NCBI GenBank assembly: GCA_902776975.1
Contig: CACYSI010000001.1
Location: forward strand, 26,661-90,660
Source of the DNA: an uncultured Ruminococcus sp.
Lineage (GTDB): Bacteria > Bacillota > Clostridia > Oscillospirales > Acutalibacteraceae
Length of the DNA stretch: 64,000 nucleotides
Direction of reading: 5' to 3'
The translations under genes were made by a program, and so were the position numbers. Each line of letters opens with the position of its first letter. Positions within the stretch are counted from its first letter, which is position 1. Under the pieces are notes generated by a model, which made no database searches, was not told the origin of the DNA, and saw only the letters and a program-made list of their open reading frames with translations. Below are positions 44,624 to 53,108 of this stretch, piece by piece.

Positions 44624-45388
44624 TTAGCAGGTAGTCAATCCGCCGTCGACAGGCAGGGTGATACCGGTGATGAATCTCGCGGCAGGACTCAACAGGAACG
44701 CTACCGCGTTAGCTATGTCGTCGGTCTTGGCGATGCCAAGATACTGACGCTTGAGCAGATCCTGATTTGTATCGCTGTCCTCGCCGTATTTTTCGATGTA
44801 TCTGTCATACAGCTCTGTCGCGGTCATAGACGGCGCGACACTGTTTATGCATATGTCCTTGTCCGCCATCTCTCTCGCGATACAGCGTATAGCCGAGTCC
44901 ATCGCGGATTTGGATGACGAATAAGCGGTCTTTGACTTATCGCCGCGTATAGACGCTACCGAAGATATGCCTACTATACGCATACCCGGGTTATATCTTC
45001 CGCGTCTGCATATCTGTCTTACTGCTTCGGTAAAGCCAAAGAAGTTTATATCAAAGACCTGCTTTATCTTTTCGGGCTTTGTCTGAAGCAGCGGGATAGC
45101 CGTACCGACTCCGGCAGAATATACCATTCCGTCCAGCGCCCCGAACTCATTTATTATTTCCTTGACGCATTTTTCTATGTTTTCGGTATCCTGAACATCC
45201 ATAGCCTTGATACCGTGACCGTCGCCTTCGAGAAGCTCGAGCACCTCTCTCAGCTTGTCCTCACGTCTTGCCGCGAGGATCACCTTCGCGCCGACCTGAC
45301 TGAGTGTGATCGCGCACTGTTTGCCGATACCGGAGGACGCGCCTATTATCAATATCCTTTTATCAGTCAAATCAATGATACTCTTCAT
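44624..45388 (-). CDS. SDR-family oxidoreductase (FabG-like)
   Basis: GASSGIG, S...YSSSK catalytic pattern, 254 aa. Confidence 0.85.
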   Translation of the reverse strand: MKSIIDLTDKRILIIGASSGIGKQCAITLSQVGAKVILAARREDKLREVLELLEGDGHGIKAMDVQDTENIEKCVKEIINEFGALDGMVYSAGVGTAIPLLQTKPEKIKQVFDINFFGFTEAVRQICRRGRYNPGMRIVGISSVASIRGDKSKTAYSSSKSAMDSAIRCIAREMADKDICINSVAPSMTATELYDRYIEKYGEDSDTNQDLLKRQYLGIAKTDDIANAVAFLLSPAARFITGITLPVDGGLTTC

Positions 45389-45399
45389 AAATATCCCCC

Positions 45400-46488
45400 T
45401 TAATACTTGCCGGGTACAAACTTGCCCTCGGCATAGTAATCCTCGGTCTCGATTATCGGGAACACCTTATCGGTGTCTATAACGGCGTTCGTAACGCCCC
45501 ACGACAGTCCGATGCCGAAGCCGCACATCAGAGCGTTCTTCCTGCCCTCGCTCTTGTCGCCGTAAGCGTCACACAGCGTCAGCGGTATCGAGATACCGCC
45601 GGTGTTGCCGAAGCGGTCGAGAGATATCGGTACGCTGTCCTTAGGCAGCTTCATCTTTCTTATGAGCTGTTTGATTATGAACTGATTAGCCTGATGGAAC
45701 ACAAAGGCGTCATAGTCCTCGGCGCCGGTCTCAGTTTTATCGAGATAATCCTTCAGCGCCTGAGGCACATCGGTGATCGAAAAGGAGAATACAGAGGTAC
45801 CGTCCATAAATATATCATACAGCGAGCGCTCGATACCGTCGCTGCACATGAACCTCTCGTGGGTGGGCGTCATATCGCGAAAGCCGCCCGCGGGCAGTAC
45901 GATAGCCTTGAAGCGGTCGCCGTCCGAACGCAGCAGAGTAGTAGTCTTAGCCTCCGGCTGTCTTTCGAGCAGAACGGCGGCGCCTGCGTCACCGTACATC
46001 ATAACTATGGATTTATCCTTGGGATCGACCAGCTTTGAGGCTGTCTCGCCCATAACGAGCAGAGCGTATTTTATATCGGAGCTGTTCATCAGCGACATAG
46101 CTGTCTGCAAGCCGTAGATGAATCCCGAGCAGCCTAAGTTGATCTCCATACAGGTACAGCTTATCGGCAGTCCGAGACGCTTTTGTACGATACTCGCGCT
46201 TGAAGGTCTGCGATAATCCGGAGACTGTGTGACCATCAGCATAGCGCCGATCTCGTTCTTATCTATATCGAGCTTTGACAGCAGGTTTTCAGCCGCCGCA
46301 ACACCGAGGTCGCTCGCGGTCTGCTCGGGCAGAGCCTTGTACATAGCCTTGATGCCTGTGCCTGCGGTGAACTTTGATGTGACCTCCTCGCCGAAAACAG
46401 GCGTGAAGCTGTCTACCGTAACGTTATTCTTAGGTACCGCGCAGGCTATGCCCGCTATTCCTATTCCTTCGCTTTTGAAAAAGGACAT
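45400..46488 (-). CDS. 3-oxoacyl-ACP synthase III family (KAS III / FabH-like) enzyme, second paralogue
   Basis: NLGCSGFIYG, FHQANQF and FGNTGGIS. The MSFFKSEG start at 46488 has a GGAGG RBS. Confidence 0.85.
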   Translation of the reverse strand: MSFFKSEGIGIAGIACAVPKNNVTVDSFTPVFGEEVTSKFTAGTGIKAMYKALPEQTASDLGVAAAENLLSKLDIDKNEIGAMLMVTQSPDYRRPSSASIVQKRLGLPISCTCMEINLGCSGFIYGLQTAMSLMNSSDIKYALLVMGETASKLVDPKDKSIVMMYGDAGAAVLLERQPEAKTTTLLRSDGDRFKAIVLPAGGFRDMTPTHERFMCSDGIERSLYDIFMDGTSVFSFSITDVPQALKDYLDKTETGAEDYDAFVFHQANQFIIKQLIRKMKLPKDSVPISLDRFGNTGGISIPLTLCDAYGDKSEGRKNALMCGFGIGLSWGVTNAVIDTDKVFPIIETEDYYAEGKFVPGKY

Positions 46489-46559
46489 TTTTCTATCCTC
46501 CGTATCTATTTTTTCATCGTTCGGGGATCCATTCCCTGAAAACATATGTATATTAAACA

Positions 46560-46649
46560 GTCATTGCGAGGGCTCGACACGCGTGTCAGCCCGCGGCAAT
46601 CTCAATCGAAAAGCAGGTCAAGACCTTTAAGCGCTTACGCGGGATCAGT
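46560..46649. repeat. Intergenic repeat with extended GACACGCGTGTC palindrome
   Basis: gggctcGACACGCGTGTCagccc (core 46576-46587), then aggtcaagacct, which is related to the ggtcttgacc hairpin core. Confidence 0.75.
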
Positions 46650-47270
46650 TTATATTTTCACAAACTTCCCGAAGTGCCCCGGGTATATCGTCGTGCCCTC
46701 AGGCACGGCTTTTATCCTCGGCTCACCGATCTCGCGCCACTGTTTTTTGCTGCCGCCGGGGAGCCTGAGCTCCGTTTCTTTGCCCTCGAGCAGACTGTCG
46801 CCCGAGAAAAAGCCGTCGTCATCCAAGTATATCCCGATGCTCCCCTGTGAGTGACCGGGTATCTCGATGAGCCTCAGCTCATGTCCCTGCCACTCAAGGC
46901 TCATGCTGTCCGTAAAGGTCTTTTCAGCCGCGCAGGTATAAGCGTGATCGGTCCGAGGTATCTCGTCGAGCTTTATCCATGTCTGCAGCTCGCAGAACAC
47001 ATCAAAGTGCCTCGCCTGATTCATCAGCGTATTGCCGAGATTCTCGGCGCATTTCTCACTGCACAGCAGGGGCGCTCCGTACTCGCGCTTCCAGTCGTTC
47101 ACACCCGATATATGGTCGTAGTGCTCATGGGTCACTATCAGCAGATCTACCGTCAGTCCCTTTGCGGGCGAGGTATCTCTCGACGGATCTATGACCACCG
47201 CGTGACCGTTCTCGGATATGATATACATATTTGACGCGAGCAGACCCGAGTCATACGCTTTTATTTCCAT
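46650..47270 (-). CDS. MBL-fold metallo-hydrolase
   Basis: THEHYDH (HxHxDH) motif and downstream His/Asp ligands. 206 aa. Confidence 0.8.
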   Translation of the reverse strand: MEIKAYDSGLLASNMYIISENGHAVVIDPSRDTSPAKGLTVDLLIVTHEHYDHISGVNDWKREYGAPLLCSEKCAENLGNTLMNQARHFDVFCELQTWIKLDEIPRTDHAYTCAAEKTFTDSMSLEWQGHELRLIEIPGHSQGSIGIYLDDDGFFSGDSLLEGKETELRLPGGSKKQWREIGEPRIKAVPEGTTIYPGHFGKFVKI

Positions 47271-48202
47271 TATTGCTCTTCGCTTAAAGCCTCTAAGGTG
47301 CTTTCGAGAGTTTTTATATTTTCAACGCGGCAGATCTTAACTCCCTTCAAGGTCTTTTTCACAAGACCCGACAGAGTTTTTCCGGGACCGCACTCAATAA
47401 AGGTGTCGATACCGCTGTCGCGCATATTCTCCAATGTCTTTACCCACTGGACCGAGCTCATAGCCTGCTTGACGAGCAGTTCGGGGATATCTCCGGCAGA
47501 GCTCACCGGCTCACCGTTCACGTTCATATAAACGGGTATCTCGGGCGCTGAAAAGCTCTTGCTCTCAAACAGCTCTTCGAGCTTCTGAGCGGCGGGCTTC
47601 ATCATAGCGCAGTGGAAGGGCGCGCTGACAGCTAACTTCATACATCTGAGCCCCTTCTCGACTCCGAGAGCGATAGCCTCGTCTACAGCGTCCGCCTCAC
47701 CGGATATTACCGTCTGTATGGGGCTGTTGTAGTTAGCCGGTATCACATAACCCGACTTCACCGTAGAGCAGAGCTTCTCGACCTCGTCGGCGGGAGCGCC
47801 GATGAACGCCGCCATAGCTCCCTTGCCCGCGGGCACAGCCTCCTGCATGGCGTCGGCTCTGAGCTGTACCATAGCGAAAACCTCGTCCATGGGGATAGCT
47901 CCCGCAAAGGTCAGCGCGGCGTACTCTCCGAGCGAGAAGCCCGCTACCGCTTCGGGCACTATGCCCTTAGCCTTCAGCGCCATACCCGCCGCCAGATCAG
48001 CGGCAAGCACACAGGGCTGTGTGTTGTGAGTCAGATTAAGCTCCTCCTGAGCGCCCTCAAAGCACAGCTTTGAGATCTCTCTGCCCAGAGCCTTGTCAGC
48101 CGCGTCAAAAACCTCTTTCGCGGCAGCTTCTGTATCATATATTTCTTTCATCATGCCGGGGTACTGAGCGCCCTGACCTGAAAACAAAAATGCTGTTTTC
48201 AT
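47270..48202 (-). CDS. fabD: ACP S-malonyltransferase
   Basis: FSGQGAQYPGM and GFSLGEYAAL (GxSxG nucleophile) motifs. 310 aa. Confidence 0.85.
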   Translation of the reverse strand: MKTAFLFSGQGAQYPGMMKEIYDTEAAAKEVFDAADKALGREISKLCFEGAQEELNLTHNTQPCVLAADLAAGMALKAKGIVPEAVAGFSLGEYAALTFAGAIPMDEVFAMVQLRADAMQEAVPAGKGAMAAFIGAPADEVEKLCSTVKSGYVIPANYNSPIQTVISGEADAVDEAIALGVEKGLRCMKLAVSAPFHCAMMKPAAQKLEELFESKSFSAPEIPVYMNVNGEPVSSAGDIPELLVKQAMSSVQWVKTLENMRDSGIDTFIECGPGKTLSGLVKKTLKGVKICRVENIKTLESTLEALSEEQ

Positions 48203-48207
48203 TGTAT

Positions 48208-48855
48208 TTACTCCAATTCCTTCATTCTTTTAGCGGGATTGCCGAGTACCGTAGAGCCGGCCTTAACATTGGTGAATACCACGCTGCCGGCGGCTAATGT
48301 AGCGTTATCTCCGATTTTTCTGCCGGGTATGATAAAGACATGACCGCCTATGTTGACCTCGCTCCCGATCCTGCAAAAGCCGCTTATACCGGTACCGGTC
48401 ATAATAGTTGTATAATCTCCGATCGACGCGTCATGTCCGACGGTGATCCTTGCGTTAAGCAAAACGCCGTCGCCGACAGTACAGTTTACCGACAGTCCTA
48501 CGCCTGAGTATATCACGCAGCCCTTACCGATCGAGGTATAAGGAGGGATCCTGACTCCCGGGGCTATTATTGTCTCAAATCTTACGCCCTGCTCCGTCAG
48601 TCTGCGCTGGATCTTCGCTTTGGTATGAGAAAAGCCTATGGTGCATACGCAACAGCATTCGTCCTTATGCTCGAGTATCCAGTCGCCCTTTCCGAGCCAC
48701 GGATAACCGTTTATATCCGTATTCTCGTCAAAGCCGTCGCCGTCGTCGATGAATCCGAGCAGATTATATGTAGGTTCGATCTCATTGATGCGCTCAATGA
48801 TATACGCTGCCTCTCTTCCGAACCCGCTCGCTCCGTATAAGACGATGTTCTTCAT
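48208..48855 (-). CDS. NeuD/PglD/VioB-family sugar N/O-acyltransferase (left-handed beta-helix)
   Basis: Rossmann-like N-terminus MKNIVLYGASGFGRE...LLGFIDD followed by hexapeptide repeats. Confidence 0.8.
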   Translation of the reverse strand: MKNIVLYGASGFGREAAYIIERINEIEPTYNLLGFIDDGDGFDENTDINGYPWLGKGDWILEHKDECCCVCTIGFSHTKAKIQRRLTEQGVRFETIIAPGVRIPPYTSIGKGCVIYSGVGLSVNCTVGDGVLLNARITVGHDASIGDYTTIMTGTGISGFCRIGSEVNIGGHVFIIPGRKIGDNATLAAGSVVFTNVKAGSTVLGNPAKRMKELE

Positions 48856-48856
48856 A

Positions 48857-49543
48857 TCACATCCCCCTGTACTCGCGTATGAGCGCGAACGCCTCGGCTG
48901 CCTTAAAGCCCGATGTCGAGCCTCTGAGCTTAGCCAGAGCCTCTACCGCCTCCAGTGATCTCGGATCGGGGAACTCGCCTAACTGAGATGTAAAGCACGC
49001 CATAGCGTCAAGCTTCTTTTGCAGATAGTCGGTTATATCAACAAAGGTATTGGGTATGAACATATTTGCGGAGTGCGGTACGTTCCACTCGGTCTCCGAC
49101 AGGCACTCATATGAATAAACGTATCTCGGAACATGCTTGTACTTGGGTCTTACCGCTACCATTACCGCCTCGGCTACTATAGCGTGATCCTTCTGCATAT
49201 CGCCGAAGTGCGGGATGAATACGATATCGGGTTCGACCCTCTGGATCAGCTCATTGATCTTGCCGTTCACGATGTGGCGCGGCTCGTTCTCGAGCAGAAC
49301 ACACGGAAACTGCAGATAGACCGTCTCCTTTATCCCCATCAGCTCATGCGCCGCCTTAGCCTGCGGATATATCATATGCGGCCAGCCGTTCTCAACGGCT
49401 TTTGAATTATCATATACCGGAGGCTTGGGGCTGGTCACGATACACACCGTGACCTCGGCTCCCTGCTCTATATACCTCGCCATCGTACCGCCGCAGCCCA
49501 GTATCTCATCGTCGGGATGGGGCGCGAATACTAATATTTTCAT
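48857..49543 (-). CDS. PIG-L / LmbE family N-acetyl-sugar deacetylase
   Basis: MKILVFAPHPDDEILGCGG motif. Confidence 0.8.
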   Translation of the reverse strand: MKILVFAPHPDDEILGCGGTMARYIEQGAEVTVCIVTSPKPPVYDNSKAVENGWPHMIYPQAKAAHELMGIKETVYLQFPCVLLENEPRHIVNGKINELIQRVEPDIVFIPHFGDMQKDHAIVAEAVMVAVRPKYKHVPRYVYSYECLSETEWNVPHSANMFIPNTFVDITDYLQKKLDAMACFTSQLGEFPDPRSLEAVEALAKLRGSTSGFKAAEAFALIREYRGM

Positions 49544-49563
49544 AACTACCTCTTTTCGGGTAC

Positions 49564-50073
49564 TCAGTGAGAGTACTCATACAGTACAAACTCTCCGTTC
49601 TCAGCCGGATACAGTCTGCGGGTCTTTCCCTTTATATCAAAGCGATATTTTTGTACGGCGCCTAACTTTTCGATAGTTTTCAGGCTGGCAGTGTTGCTGA
49701 CACGCAGATAGGCGTACGCTTTCTCATACTCCAGTCCCGTGTTATCCAGTATCTCTTTGAGCATACGGTATCCCAGCCCGTTACCTCTGAATTTTTTTGC
49801 CACAAAATATCTGCCGTATATGATATCTTTCTCCGTAGAAAAGTCGTATCTTTTATTCTTTCCGTTGGATACCACACAGTAACCTGCCCATTCGCCGTCT
49901 ATCTTGATGTAATAGACCGAATAGCCTACAAAGTATTCCATCGCGCATCTGATACGCCACGACCTGTTGACCCTTTCCATATAAAAGGGGAATGCGTGAA
50001 CAGGATCCGGTGTGAATTTCCACACCTCAAATTCATCATTTTTATGATGAAAAACCATCTTACTCATCCGCAA
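49564..50073 (-). CDS. GNAT-family N-acetyltransferase
   Basis: RGNGLGYRMLKEIL acetyl-CoA-binding-type motif. 169 aa. Confidence 0.65.
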   Translation of the reverse strand: MRMSKMVFHHKNDEFEVWKFTPDPVHAFPFYMERVNRSWRIRCAMEYFVGYSVYYIKIDGEWAGYCVVSNGKNKRYDFSTEKDIIYGRYFVAKKFRGNGLGYRMLKEILDNTGLEYEKAYAYLRVSNTASLKTIEKLGAVQKYRFDIKGKTRRLYPAENGEFVLYEYSH

Positions 50074-50078
50074 ACTCC

Positions 50079-50777
50079 TTATATAAGCTCATATCCCGCT
50101 TCGACTACAGCGGATCTTGCGAGAGTCTCCAACGCGTCTATGCTCTCAAAGTCCAGCCCGTACATCTTCTTGCCAACCGGCAGCTCGGTGCATCCGAGGA
50201 TTATGGTCTCGGCGCCGCGCTTTGTCAGACTGTCGACAACCTTGTTTATCCCTCTGACGTCAAATCCGGTATTGCCCGCTTTAACGCCCTCGTAGATAAA
50301 CCGCATCAGTATCTCCTGCTCTTCAAAGTCGGGTGACAGTATCTCGATCCCGTATTTTTCTGAGTATTTTTCATATATCCTGCCCTTAACAGTACCCGTA
50401 GTCGCCAGCAAGCCCGCTTTCTTATATCCTGCTTTATATACCGCGGCAGCGGTCTCTTCGATCATATTATGAATTTTCAGTGAGACCTGTCGCTGTATCT
50501 CGTCTATAAAATAGTGGCTGGTGTTGCACGGCATCAAGAGCAGGTCCGCTCCGGCCTGTTCAAGCTTTTCGGCAGAGGCTACGATCTCGGGCACCGGAGA
50601 TTTACCTCCGTGCAGTATGGCCTGTGTTCTGTCGGGGATCTGAGTATTGTTGTCTATATAGATATGGATATGATCCTGATCCGCAGAACTCTTGGTGTTC
50701 GCAACGATGAGTCTGAACAGCTCAACTGTAGCCATAGGACCCATACCGCCTATGATACCGATAGATTTTTTCTCCAT
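50079..50777 (-). CDS. Aspartate/glutamate-family amino-acid racemase
   Basis: IGIIGGMGP, catalytic Cys contexts MPCNTSH and LGCTELP. Confidence 0.8.
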   Translation of the reverse strand: MEKKSIGIIGGMGPMATVELFRLIVANTKSSADQDHIHIYIDNNTQIPDRTQAILHGGKSPVPEIVASAEKLEQAGADLLLMPCNTSHYFIDEIQRQVSLKIHNMIEETAAAVYKAGYKKAGLLATTGTVKGRIYEKYSEKYGIEILSPDFEEQEILMRFIYEGVKAGNTGFDVRGINKVVDSLTKRGAETIILGCTELPVGKKMYGLDFESIDALETLARSAVVEAGYELI

Positions 50778-50811
50778 TCCGCGGACCCTCCCTTTTTATT
50801 TTATCGATCCC

Positions 50812-50870
50812 GACAAGAAAGCGTGCGCACCAAGCGCGCGATTTCGTCTACCCATCGCTCGTGCGCACGC
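50812..50870. repeat. Intergenic repeat/hairpin (gacaagaaagcgtgcgcaccaag, shared with 56534..56556)
   Basis: 23-bp identity with 56534-56556. 10-bp inverted arms gcgtgcgcac (50821-50830) and gtgcgcacgc (50861-50870). Confidence 0.75.
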
Positions 50871-50962
50871 AGTGCGCTACTGAGCGGGGACTATAAATAT
50901 TTTTTTATTTCAGATGTTGCCGCAATAATACAGTTTGTATAATTTATCTTTGTAAACAAACA

Positions 50963-50992
50963 ATTATACAGCTTGTTGTAGTTTCCTGTCAA
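50963..50992 (-). promoter_or_regulatory. Internal consensus sigmaA promoter within the polysaccharide locus
   Basis: Minus strand: ttgaca (50992-50987), 18-nt spacer, tataat (50968-50963). It lies in the 244-bp gap before the racemase gene. Confidence 0.55.
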
Positions 50993-51021
50993 ATCAAAAA
51001 GCTATGATAGGATCCGTGCTG

Positions 51022-52239
51022 TCAAGCGTCAAAGCGCTTGCGTTTATTCTTGGCGTCGCCGTATGATTTCAGGCTTGTAACAACAAAGCCTAAGCTTGGC
51101 AGAGGATCATCCCACGCCCATACGACGTCTTTTATCTTCCATCTCGCGAACCATGAGGGTTTGGTGCTCCAACGGTTTTTTGCCTTAAGAAACCATAAAC
51201 AATCCACCATAAAGCATGATATCTGTTTACCGTCCTCATACTCCAGCATATCGCTGACGGGATATCCCAGCTCGTTCTCTACGATAAGTCTGGCTATATC
51301 GACGCCCGCCAAAAAGTCCAGCTTGACAGACGCGCCCGTTCTGCCGTTAAGCTCCAGTATCTTCGCTTTCTTCTCCTTAGCGTCCCACACCAGATCTATG
51401 TTAGCGTAGCCGTTCCAGTTGAGCGCGTTGACAAGGTCTACGCAAGAGTCAACTATATCCTGATCGTGTATGGATATCGACAGCAGTCTTGATCCGCCGT
51501 CTATGGGATACCACCTGGCGACCTCGGCTACCAGCGCCGCGCGGATAACGCCGTCTCTGTCTCTGAATATCTCAGCGCCGTACTGTGAGGCGCCCTCCTG
51601 CTCGATATACTCCTGTACCAGCAGAGGCCCGTTTTGATTATCATAGTTATCAAGCAGCTTTTTGAGCGTAGCCTCATCCTTTACGATATTAAAGCCTATA
51701 GAGCCCACACCGGTCTTAGGCTTGACAACCACGGGATAAGACAGACCCTTCTTGCGGATCTCCGAGACGGGATCATCGGTAAACAGCGTACGCGGAGCGG
51801 GGATATTATTCTCTTCACACACCTGCATGGTCTTTGTCTTATCGATTACCTTGCTGAACACATCCCAGTCGTTCACCGCTATCTTAGCAAAGTCTTTCAG
51901 CTCTTCCTTGTGCTGAGAGAGAAACATCGCCGTCTGGTCGCCCAACGGTACGACTAAGTCATATTTTCCCTTCTTTATGACGCGCATACCGTATTCCATA
52001 AAATCTTCGTTATAGCGGTTTTTCTCATTATATATTACTTTGTCATGCTTGAAGCGGGTCAGGCTGCCCGTAGCGGATTTGCCCGAACAATATACCGTGA
52101 CCTTACATCCGAGCTTATAAAAGCCCCTGCACATAGGCAGAGCTTGTCGTCCGCCCGCTCCGAATATCAATACAGAAACTTCACTGAAGTCCTTTTTTTT
52201 CGAAACTCTTTGTTTGTTTTCCATATACTCTTCCTTCAA
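51022..52239 (-). CDS. ATP-grasp domain ligase
   Basis: The N-terminal Rossmann-like VLIFGAGGRQ, central ATP-grasp region (...VVVKPKTGVGSIGF...LVQEYI...) and C-terminal ...ILELNGR fit the ATP-grasp fold. It does not look like AccC. Confidence 0.7.
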   Translation of the reverse strand: MKEEYMENKQRVSKKKDFSEVSVLIFGAGGRQALPMCRGFYKLGCKVTVYCSGKSATGSLTRFKHDKVIYNEKNRYNEDFMEYGMRVIKKGKYDLVVPLGDQTAMFLSQHKEELKDFAKIAVNDWDVFSKVIDKTKTMQVCEENNIPAPRTLFTDDPVSEIRKKGLSYPVVVKPKTGVGSIGFNIVKDEATLKKLLDNYDNQNGPLLVQEYIEQEGASQYGAEIFRDRDGVIRAALVAEVARWYPIDGGSRLLSISIHDQDIVDSCVDLVNALNWNGYANIDLVWDAKEKKAKILELNGRTGASVKLDFLAGVDIARLIVENELGYPVSDMLEYEDGKQISCFMVDCLWFLKAKNRWSTKPSWFARWKIKDVVWAWDDPLPSLGFVVTSLKSYGDAKNKRKRFDA

Positions 52240-52240
52240 A

Positions 52241-52930
52241 TCATTTAACTGTTAGTTTGCGTATCTCCGGGTCGATCTCGCTGAGCTCTTTCATTTCTTT
52301 AAAGTCCTTCTTGCCGAAAGCTACCTGTATTATAGCTGCTATCGTGCGCCCTACCAGCAGAGCGTCATATCCGAAGGACAGCTTATGAACATACAGCAGC
52401 TCAAGTTCCTTCTTTACCGGCAGCACGACTCTCATATACTCATCGTTATCGGTATATGTGTCACCGACTATATAATCGTAGATGCTCGCGACGCTTGTAA
52501 GTCCCGGTCTGACCAGCTTTACAGGCTCATATTTACCCGCGTAGATCTTTTCTACACCCTTGACGGTCATCGGTCTCGGGCCTACGATGCTCATATCGCC
52601 CTTAATAACGTTTATAAGCTGGGGCAGCTCGTCGAGCTTCAAGCGGCGCATCACCTTACCGAAAGGAAACACACGATCCTGATCCGCGACAAACATCTTT
52701 TTATCGTTGTCTGTCTGATGCATCGACCTGAATTTATAAAAATGGAACGGTTTTCCGTTCAGACCCGCTCTGTCCGAATAATAAAGCACCGTGCCCGGGC
52801 TTGATACCTTTATACCTATCACAATAATCAGATAGATCGGTGAAAGGATGATCAAAGCCAGCGAGCACAGGACGATATCAAACAGCCGTTTAACATATTT
52901 TTGATAAAAACCATGCTTTATCTTATACAT
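52241..52930 (-). CDS. Priming phosphoglycosyl transferase (bacterial sugar transferase family, PglC/EpsL-like)
   Basis: Single N-terminal re-entrant helix followed by ...KFRSM......DELPQL.NV..G.MS.VGPRP motifs. Confidence 0.88.
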   Translation of the reverse strand: MYKIKHGFYQKYVKRLFDIVLCSLALIILSPIYLIIVIGIKVSSPGTVLYYSDRAGLNGKPFHFYKFRSMHQTDNDKKMFVADQDRVFPFGKVMRRLKLDELPQLINVIKGDMSIVGPRPMTVKGVEKIYAGKYEPVKLVRPGLTSVASIYDYIVGDTYTDNDEYMRVVLPVKKELELLYVHKLSFGYDALLVGRTIAAIIQVAFGKKDFKEMKELSEIDPEIRKLTVK

Positions 52931-52960
52931 TTGTTCACCCGAATTTTCAAAGTAGTCTTA

Positions 52961-52995
52961 GCTAAGCCCTTGACACGCGTGTCGGGGCTGTGACG
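52961..52995. repeat. Intergenic repeat with extended GACACGCGTGTC palindrome
   Basis: agcccttGACACGCGTGTCggggct (core 52972-52983). Confidence 0.75.
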
Positions 52996-53108
52996 ATCTC
53001 TGCCAAGCAAAAAGGTTGAATTCCTCTCTGTTCCGAGTCAGGTTAAAGCGTCATCCCGATACTCCGACTCCCGCTCAGAGAAAGCTCATTATCGCCGCGT
53101 TCGGCGAT

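Noticed and set aside
51022-52239. ATP-grasp protein as the missing biotin carboxylase partner of the carboxyltransferase/BCCP genes
   Set aside because: Its N-terminus and length do not resemble AccC (there is no MxxKxLIANRGEIA-type start and no biotin-carboxylase C-terminal region). It sits 16 kb away, next to a racemase, which fits an amino-acid ligase better.
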